From Chrysomallon squamiferum (taxonomy: Eukaryota > Animalia > Mollusca): a stretch of 64,000 bases of DNA. The notes under the pieces were generated by a model. That model searched no databases, was not told the origin of the DNA, and worked only from the letters and a program-made list of their open reading frames with translations. Each line of letters begins with the position of its first letter. The stretch's first letter is position 1. The position numbers and the translations under genes are program-made. Location of the stretch: contig CM022673.1 of assembly GCA_012295275.1 (NCBI GenBank), positions 22,444,001 through 22,508,000 on the forward strand, in the 5' to 3' direction. Positions 63,643 to 64,000 of the stretch are shown piece by piece.

Positions 63643-64000
63643 TTATATATATATTCATCAAACTAATTCAAAATTAAGAAAATGAAACATTCACATTTTT
63701 TTTATATTTATTTGCTCTTGCATAAGCACATTTAGTCTGGCACTGATCACATTGTATTGCAATAAAATAGTTTACACTGGTTTTTTTTTTTTTTTTTTAA
63801 TTATAACCAATTTCTACTTAACAAACATTTCTTGAAAACATTATTACCAAAACAACATTTATTGCACATTTAGGTAAATACAGGTAAATTAAATAAAGTA
63901 AAGCTGATTACTATAAAAATAATAAAGAAAAAACTTGTTTTTGCTGTTTAATTTCATCATTTTATTATTATTATTATCATTATTATTATCATTATTATTA

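Overview
AT-rich, microsatellite-laden eukaryotic DNA. Gene content (ApeC domain, nAChR type, repeat style) suggests an invertebrate, probably a mollusc; this is inference. Most ORFs in the track are spurious or are single exons. I reconstructed five spliced genes by hand, all with consistent intron phases. (1) A + strand nicotinic acetylcholine receptor alpha subunit (11967-23298) in which the 262-nt exon encoding loop C, TM1, TM2 and the M2-M3 loop is tandemly duplicated; including both copies shifts the frame, so they must be mutually exclusive. (2) C1GALT1 / T-synthase (+, 28540-33166). (3, 4) Two tandem - strand GAF-GAF cGMP phosphodiesterases (PDE5/6/11 class), each with one intron at the same position. 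(5) A 29-coding-exon - strand secreted mosaic metalloprotease (astacin-EGF-ApeC-CUB-kringle-ShKT-CCP-C-type lectin-ShKT-CCP-unnamed domain, about 1423 aa). The window also holds two pogo/Tigger-type DNA transposon derivatives, a decayed copy of the C1GALT1 exon 1/intron 1 junction, and several inverted repeats. Each of the three - strand genes has a pair of CRE (TGACGTCA-type) sites just upstream. The best candidates for new biology are the exon-swapping nAChR with a possible competing-RNA-structure switch, the mosaic protease, and the CRE-marked trio.
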